From assembly GCF_006345805.1 (NCBI RefSeq), contig NC_043000.1, positions 8,556,001-8,620,000 on the forward strand: 64,000 nt of DNA, in the 5' to 3' direction. How positions within the stretch are numbered: position 1 is the first letter of the stretch; every line of letters starts with the position of its first letter. Origin of the DNA: Octopus sinensis. Lineage: Eukaryota. The notes beneath the pieces were generated by a model. The model was not told where the DNA came from and made no database searches. It saw only the letters and a program-made list of their open reading frames with translations. Shown piece by piece: positions 1-12,947 of this stretch. The position numbers were made by a program, and so were the translations under genes.

Positions 1-158
1 CCGGTGCGCGCACTCGCGTACTCGCGCTAGCTAGTCGTGACTAGTCGATCCTACAACGACTACCTAGCAAAGTAAATCAAACACAAAAACACAAAGTAAG
101 GATCGACTAGTCACGACTAGCTAGCTCGGATGCGCGAGTACGCGAGTGCGCGCACCGG
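1..158. repeat. GC/CpG-rich inverted repeat (foldback), probably part of a non-autonomous DNA element continuing to ~600
   Basis: 1-52 is the reverse complement of 99-158 apart from an 8-nt indel (catccgag); 46-nt A-rich spacer. Confidence 0.8.
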
Positions 159-639
159 GACCACTCTTCTTAAATAGTACCGAATTGTTGTATTGGATTT
201 CTGTTAAGCTAATCTAAACAACTAAATTTCTTAGCTTTTGAAAACTATTTACATACTTTGGCAAAAGAAATAAGCTATTAGTGAGTTCTTTAGATTAATG
301 AATTTGAGTCGAATTCTCGACATATTTTTGATTTTCAATGGAATCCAATTCATTTGCGTCACAAGAAAACTTTGTGCGTCACCTTCCCTGAAATACAGTC
401 TTCGTGTCTGGTCAAAAGGAGACCAATATTTGATTAATTATAAATGATTTCTAATAATTCAATACTAAACAAACCACCCTCGAATACCATATGCGATACA
501 CGAGGAATGCCATATGTAATATGAACTGAATGACTAGCAGGAATCAACAAATGATGGTAAACTAATTAAGTCTTAATATAAGACTGCTTTTTGGTTTGAT
601 TTATCAAATGGAAAGTCAACAACGCCGGAATGTTATAGC

Positions 640-895
640 ACGCACACAAACGCACACACGTTTCAACGCAAGCTCACACGCATGCATACACACATGCGCA
701 AACATACGTACACACATACACAAACATACATATACATGCACATACACACACAAACACGTAAATACACATATTGACATGCACGTACACGCATACAAATACG
801 AACACAAAACACAAACAACACACACACACACACACACACACGCACAGACACAGACACACACATGTACACTTACTAAATGTGTATATGTAAACACA
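640..895. repeat. Degenerate (CA)n/(CATA)n microsatellite
   Basis: Direct sequence; explains the HT/CV-rich ORFs at 596-958. Confidence 0.9.
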
Positions 896-1378
896 AATTT
901 GACATTTAGTATAAAAATGAAATATCAGCAAAACGTTGTTATTTTTTTGTTTGTTTGAAATAATGGCAGTAACGTAGAAGAAGCGAACCGTTTCAAAAGA
1001 ACTTAATTATATCCCTGACAGATAAAGCTAATAAACATAAATATGTTTATTAGTTTTATCGTTTGGTGGTAGGAAGACAGGAAGGGGAAGAGGAAACAAT
1101 AACCTATGAGTTACTGCTAACTACCATGTCGTTCCACGTGTGTGTAATCCAGGGGGAAATCAGTGGCTGCCAGTAAGTCTTTCGAAATTCTGTGTTGGTT
1201 GGGTTACTAGTCACGAGCTAAGCATGATGAGGATATAGCAATATGCACCCGCTTATAAGGCAGCCTACTGCCGATTCCAGCCCATGTTGTATCTGGTCGT
1301 AAACTTAATTGGATACCGTTGCTATCGAAAGCTCCCTGGCGATCAGTGCACGTCTCTTCTCTCTGATGGAACCGGGGG

Positions 1379-1423
1379 ATATATATATATATGTATATAA
1401 TATATATATATATATATATATAG

Positions 1424-1475
<52 letters not shown>

Positions 1476-1510
1476 TTATAATATATATATATACTTGTAT
1501 ATATATATAT
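1379..1510. repeat. (AT)n microsatellite
   Basis: Interrupted TA dinucleotide run. Confidence 0.95.
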
Positions 1511-1676
1511 AGAGGTTATGAGATGTAATGGTGTCATTGGACCCAGAAATGTCAGGTAATGCTGAAGAAGTTAAGTTCCAGGTTTGGTGATATGCGAATA
1601 GGGATTCAACGTAGGTCTATATCAGCGTGTGTATATAAAAAATTTTTTTCGTAATGAGATAAAAAACAAGTAGATA

Positions 1677-1722
1677 GGTCTTACAGCTGTTTGCAGGATA
1701 TTTATTACATCCCTTCATCGGT
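1677..1722 (-). ncRNA. Degenerate minimal hammerhead ribozyme motif
   Basis: Minus strand CCGATGA-agggat..atcct-gcAAA-C-AGCT-G-TA-aga; core has two defects. Confidence 0.45.
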
Positions 1723-2007
1723 TATAATATATATATATTATAGTATATAATATATATATATATATATATATTCTCTCTAGTTTCAGCTCAGAGCTGCGGC
1801 CATGCTGGTGCACCACCGTTAAAATTGATGAACAATCTTAGTCGATTTTCGAACCCTACTCGCTTCTCATCAGAGGCGTCCACATCTTCTGACAGTCTCG
1901 TCGTATTCTTCTCCGTGCAGATTACACTACATTCCAACTTTACCGCCAAAGGTTTTGTCTTTGTGTATGTAGAGCTCACTCAGCCTCTCATTGATCCCTG
2001 TTTATTG

Positions 2008-3618
2008 TATTGGGTGCGACATACACATTTGCTATTATTCATCTTATCATAAAATAAGAGTTTCATGAAAGTTTATAGGCAAATCGTTATGTTTAGTCTT
2101 TTATGCTTTTATTCTTTTACTTGTCTCAGTCATTTGACTGCGGCCATGCTGGAGCATCCCCTTAAAGGGTTTTAGTTGATCAAATTGACCCCAGAACTTA
2201 TTCTTTGTAAGCTTAGTACTTATTCTATCGGTCTCTTTTTGCCGAACCGCTAAACTATGGGGACATAAACGTACCAGCATCGGTTTTCAAGCAATGACGG
2301 GGGGACAAACACAGACACACATAAATACATTCACACACACACATATTTATGTGAGGAGTTTCTTTCAGTTTCCTTCTACCAAATCCACTCAAGGCTATTG
2401 TAGAAGACACCTGCCCAAGTGGTACGTAGTGGGGCTGAATCCGGGACCATGTGGTTGGGAAGCAAGCTTCTTACCATACACAGCTACGCCTTACAATTCA
2501 AAATGGCCACCCTTTGCTTTCTGCACAGCCCTTAATATTTTTTCAACTGAAGTTCACGACTCTTTCACGACTCGCTTAAATTGGACCCCGACACCTTAAG
2601 AGCCTCTTTCAGGTCTGACACGCCTATGAGATGCGTGAAACATCTCTCTCTAATATGAACCATATCACAAATCCATAGAATTACTATCAAGGCTTGATGG
2701 AGGCCAAATGAACTTGTCAAAAAGTCTCCGGAAATGTCTCTTGAACTAGTTCTGTTTTAACTAGTTTGAGGGATCTCCGGCTTTAGTGAATTCATAGCGA
2801 CTTCCAAATGTGCCTGACAACCAGGACAACACATTTGCTGGTAAACTCTGCTCTTCACTTTCACAACTTCTTCAAAGAACACCAAGGGCGATTTCGAACC
2901 ATAGACGCAAAGGGAGCCCAAACTAAGACACCAGTTGGTTTTTGCTGCTTGAATTGTGTTCTGACATGAATGTTTTCTAGTGAAGTGGCGTGAATCCAAT
3001 CTTTTTAGTGGTTGATTTACAACCGCCATGGTGAAAACCTCGTCCGACCAAACGAAGAATTTGTCTGCAGTACGCTGTGTCACTTTCAAGCTTTTTACCC
3101 CTTGTCAAGTTGTTTTTACTTGGAGGCACTTGAGAGGAGCTATCGTCGTCGAAGCTTGTATGGTTTTTGCCCTAAATCCACTTTCACTTTCCTCTGTAAC
3201 CCCTATCCGAAATAAGTAGCTCTTTTGCCATTTTCTTCATGCTCTTTTTTGAATTTCCCTTCATCCTCTTATTGACGGTTTCAATTATCCTTCTGATACG
3301 AACAGAACGGTTTCTTCCTGGAATCGAATTTGGTGAAGGTATTTGCCCCTCTTGAAATATTTTTCGTACATTAAAAACAGTTTTTCTGCAAACGTTCAAC
3401 TGCTTTATCACGTCACAATTCTTTATACCAGCCATTTTCAAAGTGACAATTTGTTCGCGGTTTGTATGAGCCGCCATATTTAATTAAGGATAAACAAATA
3501 AACAATAAAACAATAGAATGTTAAGAAGAGTTACACAACATTTGCAACTAGCTTTGCAAATAAGAATGTTTCAATTTATGTTTGAATAACGGGTAAATGT
3601 ATATGCCACGCCTGGTGT
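2008..3618 (-). mobile_element. Tc1/mariner superfamily element (maT/DD37D-like), degenerate, with nested SINE
   Basis: Frameshifted transposase 3477->2491: HTH N-terminus (MAAHTNREQIV..), WSDE, KSPLVFFEEVVKV, C-terminal KGGHFEL*. Candidate TIR caccaggcgtggcatatacattt at ~3597-3618 with a 15/21 match at ~2012-2032. Confidence 0.8.
2112..2490 (-). mobile_element. tRNA-derived SINE family A (octopus OR-type), inserted at the transposase stop codon
   Basis: Head aggcgtagctgtgtatggtaagaagcttgc, central microsatellite, tail gactgaGacaagtaaaag; same family recurs about 10 times. Confidence 0.85.
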
Positions 3619-3771
3619 GTCAACAATGAAATCATCCACTTTCTCTGGCTAAACATCTCTGTCACCCATTTTGTTGACTTTATTTTCTGTCTCCACCTAT
3701 CCATCAATAGTTACTCGACTGCCTCAAGTCCTTCATTTCTGACAGAGAGACTGTTATACCACTATTCCAAA

Positions 3772-3965
3772 TAGGCGTAGGAGTGGCTGTGTGGTAAGTA
3801 GGCGTAGGAGTGGCTGTGTGGTAAGTAGCTTGCTTACGAACCACATGGCTCTGGGTTCAGTCCCACTGCGTGGCACCTTGCGCAAGTGTCTTCTACTATA
3901 GCCTCGGGCCGACCAAAGCCTTGTGAGTGGATTTGGTAGACGGAAACTGAAAGAAGCCCGTCGTA
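3772..3965 (+). mobile_element. SINE family A, 5' half with 27-bp tandem duplication of the head
   Basis: aggcgtaggagtggctgtgtggtaagt occurs twice; B-box-like gggttcagtccc. Confidence 0.85.
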
Positions 3966-4005
3966 TATATGTTTATATATATATATATATATATATATTA
4001 TGTTT

Positions 4006-4083
<78 letters not shown>

Positions 4084-4084
4084 T

Positions 4085-4127
<43 letters not shown>

Positions 4128-4176
4128 ATATATATGTTATATATATACATATATATATATATATACATATATATAG

Positions 4177-4221
<45 letters not shown>

Positions 4222-4242
4222 ATATAATTATAATATATATAT

Positions 4243-4289
<47 letters not shown>

Positions 4290-4290
4290 C
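3965..4290. repeat. Long (AT)n microsatellite
   Basis: Direct sequence. Confidence 0.95.
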
Positions 4291-4387
4291 ATAAACAGCA
4301 AAATGACCATTCCGAATATAACAATATCTGTTTCAACACACACGACTTCACGTAAAAAATCTTGCACACAAATAATTTAAACGTATA

Positions 4388-4548
4388 GGACAACCACCCA
4401 CACCCGATATGTCTCCGCAAACAATAACTCTCTGCTCGAATGGGCCTTGGTGCCCAAATCCTGACTGAAAGACTTCACCAGGTGGTGCTATATTAAGTTA
4501 GACATGGCCTGGGCAATACGGGCCAAAACCTTTCTAAGTTATTCTAAG

Positions 4549-4550
<2 letters not shown>
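4388..4550 (+). mobile_element. CR1-type LINE 3' terminal fragment
   Basis: Homologous to the reverse complement of 33150-33300 (PTPGY..NNSLLEW region); ends in the (ctaagttatt)-type tail. Confidence 0.7.
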
Positions 4551-4583
<33 letters not shown>

Positions 4584-4783
4584 GTGAAATAGAAAGATGA
4601 ATAATCTTGTAGTAATTAATCAAATTTTAACCGATACCTTAGTAGCAAAATCACAACAGTAACAGCACGGTTGGAGTACAACCATCTGGCGTTGCAACCG
4701 TGCGTTGGTGCGATAATTGAAATTAAAACATTATTGGTGATTGAAGAAATGGAGCTGAACGCAGATTGAACGAAATCGTTTTA

Positions 4784-4870
4784 TTTCATTCTACACGTGT
4801 TTCGAAAGGCACAAATTACCAAAATCCGATTGAATAATGGACCATTGTGTCTTTCTCTTCAGGAAGAAAA
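4784..4870 (-). ncRNA. Minimal type-I hammerhead ribozyme, intact core
   Basis: ttttcttc-CTGAAGA-gaaagacacaat..atttgtgcctttc-GAAA-C-ACGT-G-TA-gaatgaaa; stem II pairs at 10/11; palindromic stem III. Confidence 0.75.
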
Positions 4871-5117
4871 AAGGAATCCGTTGGAAAAACAAAACAGAAC
4901 AGGCGGAGCAAAAACAATCGAACTGTGCTCCTAAAGCCCATGGCGAAACTGTTTATCAGTGTATGTTGAGAACGTGGCTGAAGAATTCAACGGTCAGGCA
5001 TCGTGTCAATCATGTTGGTGAGGGTGTATAGATGTTCTTTGTGACCGAGAATAAAGTTCTCTGACTATTCAAACTTTCACACCAATAATGTTTATATATA
5101 TATATATATATATATAG

Positions 5118-5304
5118 TAAAAAAATTTTTTTAAAAATGCAGAATGCTCAAATGAAAGAAAATTTTATAAAATGAGAATTGATAAAATATATATATATAT
5201 TTATTTCCACCGGTTGAATAAATATATATTTATTATTTTATCAATTTCTCATTTTTTATTAAAATTTTCTTTCATTTGAGCATTCTGCATTAAAAAAATT
5301 TTTT
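5118..5304. repeat. AT-rich foldback
   Basis: aaaatgcagaatgctcaaatgaaagaaaattt.. pairs with ..aaattttctttcatttgagcattctgcat; centre near caccggt at ~5206. Confidence 0.85.
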
Positions 5305-5561
5305 CCTTACTTATCTTTTCTCCACGTGCGGTCAACACAACCCCACCATTTAATGATCTATATATATATATATATATATATTATATAAAGGGCTTAGTAA
5401 ATAAATTACTTGCCACATACTGAACTCATTAGAAAAAGTAGCTAAAAAAACTTTTTAAAAACTATTCTAATACTTAAAGAAAATCTCTCTCATATATGGT
5501 TTGCTCAATTCAACTCAGAAAGTATGGGGGTAAAGACATTAAAAATCAAATGCAAGGTTAT

Positions 5562-5613
5562 TGAGAACGTACGTTTCAAGATTAGTCAACTCGACATTTC
5601 TATCATCAGCTCA
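5562..5613 (-). ncRNA. Minimal hammerhead ribozyme motif (intact core, weak stem II)
   Basis: tgag-CTGATGA-..-GAAA-C-GTAC-G-TT-ctca. Confidence 0.6.
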
Positions 5614-5824
5614 GAACTCCTTGTTTGGATTTGAAAACACTGAAAGTGGGAGCATACCCTTTCGGCTTCTTATCGCTTTTGAAGATCTGCTCGAAACTAA
5701 CAGTGCCAGCACACCCAAATATGCAAGCGAAGAATTTCTGCTCTCCCCTTTCAACAGCGGGTTTAAAATCATAAACACTATGTTTTTTTCGGTAAAATCC
5801 GACATTAAATAGAGAGAGATGAAT

Positions 5825-5996
5825 TATATTTCAACAATTAGGGTAAAATTAATTAATTATTAATCATTTCACCAAGTGTTCAGTATGTAAAGGGACCATT
5901 TAAGGCGAAGAATCGCCTTAATGGTCCCTTTACATACTGAACACTTGGTGAATTGATTAATAATTAATTAATTTTACCCTCAATTGTTGAATTATA
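5825..5996. repeat. Near-perfect foldback, ~84-bp arms, 4-nt loop
   Basis: ..agggaccatttaaggcga-agaa-tcgccttaatggtccct.. Confidence 0.9.
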
Positions 5997-6007
5997 TATA
6001 TATATAT

Positions 6008-6039
<32 letters not shown>

Positions 6040-6429
6040 ATATATATTTATTATGTATGTGTGGCCGCATCGAAGACCGAAACAAGTAAAAAAGTAACTG
6101 TTCTTTTTCTTACCTCTTCTTTTTTTATATATTTTTTCTCGTCCCCAAGCTCTGCCTCGCCCCCACACAACCATCATTATTTTTGTGCCCATCTGTTCGA
6201 CTGACTACTTCCTAATGTAGGCAAAACAGCACACAACTGAACAGCCATCCCCAATGCGTTTTCCAAAATTTCCTGTTAGCTAGCGGAACAAAGCTCCGCC
6301 AGTTATATGGAGACCGCCCTAGTAACTAAGCAACTTACCACACCCCCCTAAGTATGCCTCTTTACTCCTCAACTGTAGACACTAAGCAGTTTGTAAACTA
6401 TCTCTCCACCTGAACTGCAGAAATGTCTC

Positions 6430-6563
6430 TTACTAAAAAGGTCTGTAACAACTTTGCAGAATTCTTCTAATAACCACTCCTGAAATAAGATGGCCCTGAA
6501 ATTTACACTCCCGCTAGTGAAGTCACCGTACATGCTATATCTGAACTTCATACTGCATAAAAC

Positions 6564-6602
<39 letters not shown>

Positions 6603-7960
6603 ACACAAACTTATTTCAAACTTTCCTTCCCCACTCCTCTTATTTTACCATCATATGCATAAAGAGCTTAGCAAAGCAATATTTTACTTAATATTGGCAA
6701 AGTAGACAACACGTAGACAACTTCCTAGCTAACCTGAATGCCTATAATCTCTATTACAAACGATTACGCGTTCCCATCACTTTTAACAACATGAACTCCT
6801 CTGCACATGGTGACCACATTTCTTTAACTTCCACACACAGGTGACTTCCATACGCGATCTAAACACCTCATACAAGTTGCATTACCTTTGTGAATAGACT
6901 TTGAAGGCGTTGTTTTTCAAAAGCATTACACTATGATAGTTATACATCTTTCACTCTTTTACTTGTTTCAGTCATGTGACTGTGGCCATGCTGGAGCACC
7001 GCCTTTAGTCCAGCAAATCGACCCCAGGACTTATTCTTTGTAAGCCTAGTACTTATCCTATCGGTCTGTTTTTTGCCGAACCGCTAAGTTACGGGGACGT
7101 AAACACACCAGCATCGGTTGTCAAGCGATGTTGGGTGGGGACAAACAGGGACACACAAACACACACATATATACGACGGGCTTCTTTCAGTTTCCGTCTA
7201 TCAAATCCACTCACAATGCTTTGGTCGGCCCGAGGTTATAGTAGAAGACACTTGCCCAAGGTACCACGCAGTGAGACTGAACCTGGAACCATGGTTCGCA
7301 AACAAGCTTCTTAAACACAGCCACTCACACAGGAAACAATCTTACATCATATAAACCCTACAGATAAAAAGTGTACAATTAAAATACTTCAATTTGCTGC
7401 AACGTCTGGTGATCTCAGATGACAGTCACTCAAGTATAGCGTCATCAAAATAGCATCCCAAGCATTAGACATATTCTTTAAGGAAAGAATGTACTTCAAC
7501 TCTTACGAGTTGCTGACCCCATGAGAACTCAAGAAAAACCAATATTAAACTGTCACTCATACTGCTCACACTTGTACGATGATATTTTCTTCACATATTG
7601 AAACATATTGGATTGCATTCTAAATATCAGATCGGCCGATTGGTAAAAGCTCCCTCACCAATACTCTCACGACAACTCGGGCTCCGGTACCCGTTGTTTA
7701 GTTTCTGAATTCCTTCATTAAATACGATCACTGATGCACTTAACCAGCTAACCGTATACAGCAACTTCCTTTCTCTCACTATCTGTACTGCTTACCACAT
7801 CGGGCATTAAACCACTTCTTCAAACATTAATCAGCAGAGACACAACCCTTTGTAATTCCCTTCCTACCAGCACCAACTGGATGTAGACACGAACGTCTAG
7901 ACGTTCAAACTGAACATTAGCGTTATCAAGCTCGCTAGTTTGGGAAGGCCTGCAAAGATT
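6430..7960 (+). mobile_element. Highly degenerate CR1/Jockey-group LINE RT 3' region, split by a SINE
   Basis: Broken frames give ALDIFFKERMYFNSYELL, SYCSHLY and TTLCNSLP, resembling the LEYCSHIW and LWNSLP motifs. Confidence 0.45.
6954..7327 (-). mobile_element. SINE family A
   Basis: Full head, body and tail match to the other copies. Confidence 0.9.
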
Positions 7961-8659
7961 GGGCAATGTCCCAACAATTTGGACTGATGAAGCCTAATAA
8001 AAGAAAATTACAGATATAAAGAACTTTTTCTCCGGTGCTTTCTGTTTCTTGCAACTGGCTGCTTTCGTACCGTCTCCACCCAGGAAGTCCAAATTTATTC
8101 ATCTCTTTTCCTCTTACCCAGTTCTTCTTTTCGACATTACCATCCCGCTGAAATTATATACCCCTTCTCTACACGTCTTTCCTGCAGCCGTTGTCTTAAT
8201 CACACAAATCTCAGAGAACCAAGGCTTCAGAATCTTTTTTGAGACAGACCAAATGAAAAAAGAATTTTAAAAAACGAGGAAATATAATAAAAATAGTTTA
8301 TCAACAGGTATTTATTGTGCATTGGAACTTCTTGCAAATGCAACTAAATGTATAATATATCTTCAAATCATATTGGACAGTAAGAGATATTAAAATTGAT
8401 ATATTAAAAAATACAACGGCAAGCAAATAAGAAATAAGAGGAAAAGTAGAAAAAAACAAAGAAATAAAAAAAGCAAAAAGGAATTGCGTATTAAGAACAT
8501 GAATTTATTCTTTTTGAAAAAAGAAAGAGAGAAAAGCGTAGGAAAACCTTCAAAGGGATTAAAATAATCTCGATTTACTTACGGGTTTTTGGAAAGGCCT
8601 TCACAATAATCTGAAATGGAAGATAGAGAACAATGAATGTCAATGACAACGATATATAC

Positions 8660-8669
8660 GCGTATAGTA

Positions 8670-8703
<34 letters not shown>

Positions 8704-8892
8704 CATACATACATACATACATGCATACATACATGCATACATAAAAACATACATACAAATACACTTCCACTCCCACGCACGCACATATATAAATACATAT
8801 ATATACATACATATACATGCATGCATACCCACACATAGACATCCACCCCACACACATATATTAAAATACATGTACGTACATACATACATACA

Positions 8893-8924
<32 letters not shown>

Positions 8925-8950
8925 CATACATGCATACACACACACGTTTA
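8660..8950. repeat. (CATA)n microsatellite cluster
   Basis: Direct sequence. Confidence 0.9.
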
Positions 8951-9152
8951 CATAACATATATACACAAACAACAACATTTAAAATAAATTAATTAGACGT
9001 TAAATTTATAATTAGTTTTAAACGTGTTGAGAAAACTCTTATGCAGAGACCGAGAAGCCATAGAGGTGCTGGCTGAAAATCCGTTTTCAAAAATAGAAAA
9101 TGTAGTCGAAAAATCTTTCCGTACATACATATGACACAATACGAATCAATGA

Positions 9153-9770
9153 AAAGGCGGCGAGCTGGCAGAGTGGTTAGCACGCCGGGCGAAATGCTTA
9201 GCAGTATTTCGTCTGTCGTTACGTTTTGAGTTCAAATTCCGCCGAGGTCGACTTTGCCTTTCATCCTTTCGGGGTAGATTAAATAAGTACCAGTTACGCA
9301 CTGGGGTCGATATAATTGACTTATTCCGTTTGTCTGTCCTTGTTTGTCCTCTCTGTGTTTAGCCCCTTGTGGGTAGTAAAGAAATACGTATTTCGTCTGC
9401 CGTTACGTCCTGAGTTCAAATTCCGCCGAGGTCGACTTTGCTTTTCATCCTTTCGGGGTCGATTAAAAAAATACCAGTTACGCACTAGGGTCGATATAAA
9501 CGACTTAATCCGTTTGTCTGTCTTTGTTTGTCCCCTCTGTATTTAGCCCCTTGTGGGCAATAAAGAAATAAGAAACGTTAGCACGCCGGGCGAAATGTTT
9601 AGCGTTTTTTTCTTTCGTCTGTCTTTACGTTCTGAGTTGAAAGGTCGACTTTACCTTTCATCCTTTCGTGGTCGATAAATTAAGTACCCGTTGCGTACTG
9701 GGGATCGATCTAATCGAAACGGCCCTACCCTAAAATTTCGGGCCTTGTGCCTAGAGTAGAAAAGAATATG
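9153..9770 (+). mobile_element. SINE family C, multimeric (three tandem body units)
   Basis: Head aaggcggcgagctggcagagtggttagcacgccgggcgaa; core gagttcaaattccgccgaggtcgactttgcctttcatcctttcgggg repeated three times. Confidence 0.85.
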
Positions 9771-9974
9771 AATCAATATGAATCACTTGCAGTTGTGCAG
9801 TGATTTTAATTAAGTTTCTATTAGAATTCTTGTTTAATCTTACTCAGACATAATTTTGAAAATAAAATCCACCATGAATGCATTATTAAGATTTCACTCT
9901 AATTAAATCGGATGATGTGCACACAAACATAAAGATGTATTTACACACACACACAAAAACGTGTGAATGTGCGC

Positions 9975-10022
<48 letters not shown>

Positions 10023-10867
10023 ATATTTCGGAATGATCATTTTGCCAGTTTAGTCAATAAAAACACACGCACTATATATTTGGTGTTACTCTGCTTCAGA
10101 ATTATTTATTTTTTACATTAATCTTACATATGTGGCTCCATATATATATATATACAGGAGTTGCTAGAAATAACAGTGAAATCATTAAAATATACACGAA
10201 CAAAGTTAACATTAAAACATTCGTGGGCAAATTAAATATTTAAAAACTACTAACAAACCAACAAGAGTCGCTAGAAATAACAGTCAAAACATTGTTTGAA
10301 ACAGACATTTATAAGTTTAAAAAGTGAAGAACGAAAGTTTGCAATACACTCTAGGATTTTATAAAATAAATTATCTTTCTCGTATCTCCTTCTCCACATA
10401 AATTCACAAAGATAAGAGTCAACCATGGAACGGTGTGTCCTACACCGTAGTTTGTTTCCGCGCTTTAAAGATGCTCAGGTATTTTCAATTTGTTGAGTAT
10501 GAGTTCCATCTTTAGAGTTTATAAATCCCCCTCCTTGTGCGCATGCACATCATCTTTGGCTACTATGGAAACAGTTCTTCGCAATCAGCAATGCAATAAG
10601 TGCTGCTTCTTTGCTTTGGTTACTATGGAGAACAGAGTTCTTCGCCACGGTGATGTGTAAGATACTCGCTTCTGATTGGCTAAAATACCCAAATTTTGCA
10701 AATTTTAAAGGCTAACTTTTTAATTAAGGATTAATAGGGAAAATGAATTTCATTATCATAATTAATATACAAAACTTAATCCATATACCAAATTTGAAAA
10801 CACTTAGAGCAAAATTGTAATTAATCACGAAAACCACAAAGATTCAGCTTTTTTTCGAAAACTTTTA

Positions 10868-11068
10868 AATGTGTGTGTTTGTAAGTACATATATTTTTTT
10901 GAGAGTGCGTATGTATATGTAAATATACATACATGTATGTATATGTATGTGTGTGTGTGTGTGTGTGTGTGCATATGTCTGTATATATGCATGTATGTGT
11001 ATGAAAATATACGTGTATATATATATATACATATGCATATATATGTATTATATGTATGTATATATATA

Positions 11069-11114
<46 letters not shown>

Positions 11115-11175
11115 ATATGAATGTATGTACATATATGTGTATATATGTATATGTATATATATGTATGTATGCATA
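10868..11175. repeat. Mixed (TG)/(TA)/(TATG) microsatellite
   Basis: Direct sequence. Confidence 0.9.
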
Positions 11176-11330
11176 GTGACGTGTTTAGATTTTATAAACT
11201 TTCGGTAGAACATGGAATAATTCTTTTTGTAACTGTATTTCGAAGAACGTAAATACTATAAATAATAGGATAATAGCATATAATTATTGGATTGAAAAAG
11301 CCCTTGAGACGGTATATTTAAATTCAGAGT

Positions 11331-11372
11331 AACAGACACGTGTTTTGCCACAGTTGTGGTCTTCAATGTATA
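11331..11372 (-). ncRNA. Degenerate hammerhead motif
   Basis: aca-TTGAAGA-ccaca-ac-tgtgg-c-AAAA-C-ACGT-G-TC-tgt; C3 and G12 are mutated. Confidence 0.45.
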
Positions 11373-11417
11373 CTTGTGTCACTTCCGAAACAAAATCGAA
11401 TCCGCTCTTCTGAAGTA

Positions 11418-11645
11418 TTCTTTTAATCTTTTATTCTTTTACTTGTTTCAGTGATTTGACTGCAACCATGCTGGAGCACCCCCTTTAGTTGAACAAATCG
11501 ACCCCCAGGACTTATTCTTTGTAAGCTTAGTATTTATTCTATCTGTCTCTTTTTGCCGAACCGCTAAGTTACACGGATGTAATCGTAGCAACATCGGTTG
11601 TCAAGTGATGGGTGGTGGGGCATACACAGGCACAAATACACACAC

Positions 11646-11679
<34 letters not shown>

Positions 11680-11855
11680 AATACATATATACGATGGGCT
11701 TCTTTCAGTTTCCGTCAACCAAATCCACTCACAAAGGTTTTGTTGGCCTGAGGCTATAGTAGAAGACACTTGCCCAAGGTGCCACGCAGTGGGACTGAAT
11801 CCGGAACCATGTGGCTGGGAAGCTAGCTTCTTACCATATAGTCGCTCCTGTGCCT
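11418..11855 (-). mobile_element. SINE family A
   Basis: Family match. Confidence 0.9.
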
Positions 11856-12119
11856 ATGTATATACGGTTTGTTTATAAATAATCTACTGGTTTCCGCCCA
11901 TCCATCGATCTCTCTATATATTGCCAATAATTTCTTAAGCTTGGCTTGGAAATGTTTTTTCACAGAACACAAATATTCTTAACTGTTTTTCCGACTAGAT
12001 TCAAAGATAAATTACAGTTGCATAACAAATACGCGGAGCGCGATTCCAAGAAATAACCACCACAAATAAAAGGCATCTAGTATACTCATTAACTCAGAAG
12101 TTTATGCTGTAGACATATA

Positions 12120-12370
12120 TATATATATCCCAAATTTCCATAACCTATAAAACAGCAGAAATAATTTATTGTCAAATTTGCAATTTATATCGCTTTGAAT
12201 GTTCGGTTGGCCACGGTAATGATTCTGGCATTTCAAAATTTTTGATATCATCGGCTTGCATAAATATCAGTAACAGCCATCATGATCGCTATCACCTGTT
12301 GATGAAGACGAGATGTGTTTATGTAATTATAACTAGACATTTCCTTTATAAACAAGGATCCATATCCAAA
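12120..12370 (-). mobile_element. Possible degenerate Penelope GIY-YIG fragment
   Basis: Broken frames CL*RKCLVI and TEHSKRYKLQ loosely resemble CPLNGKCL and TFKERY. Confidence 0.3.
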
Positions 12371-12947
12371 GAAAGGATATATCGAGTATGTATAGGAGTC
12401 TATATTATGCAAACGCAGGCTTTACTCTCCTCCATATTTTCGTCGTGTTACTAAAAATGTGTATACGCCTCGCTTTATTTTATTTATTACTAACTAATAT
12501 AAATGGTATATACGCATGTATGCGTACGTTTATTGCATGCTTATATGTGCTCATTATTTTGACAATATGCCTCATCATTGTATATGACCCGTGATAAATA
12601 AATAAAAATTAAACTATTGCATATTAGCGAGGTAGCCTTTAGGTGGTTGCTCGACATGCTATAAATAGTAGCCAAATTATCCTGAAGATATATCTTACTG
12701 TTTCAGCACTCTGCTGTTTGGAACATGTACGTAAACTACTTCCATTCTTACAAATCTCACTTTATTTTCTTGCTTTTAACTCAAGTTTCAATACACTTTA
12801 CACACTCTTTCGCTATACTTGCATAAACAATTTCTTTCAGCTGCAAATATTTCTTTCTTTTCCTTCCACGGTCAACATTTTTCCACATTTCATTCACATT
12901 ACAATTTCTATCTTTAAGTAACTTTCACCCTTTCTTTTTCACATAAA

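Noticed and set aside
1065-1620. Possible LINE endonuclease relic split by (AT)n (IY.PP motif)
   Set aside because: The only motif depends on the microsatellite itself; the remainder is too degenerate.
7978-8015. CTGATGAAGCC at ~7984 as a hammerhead
   Set aside because: Stem II and stem III partners are missing.
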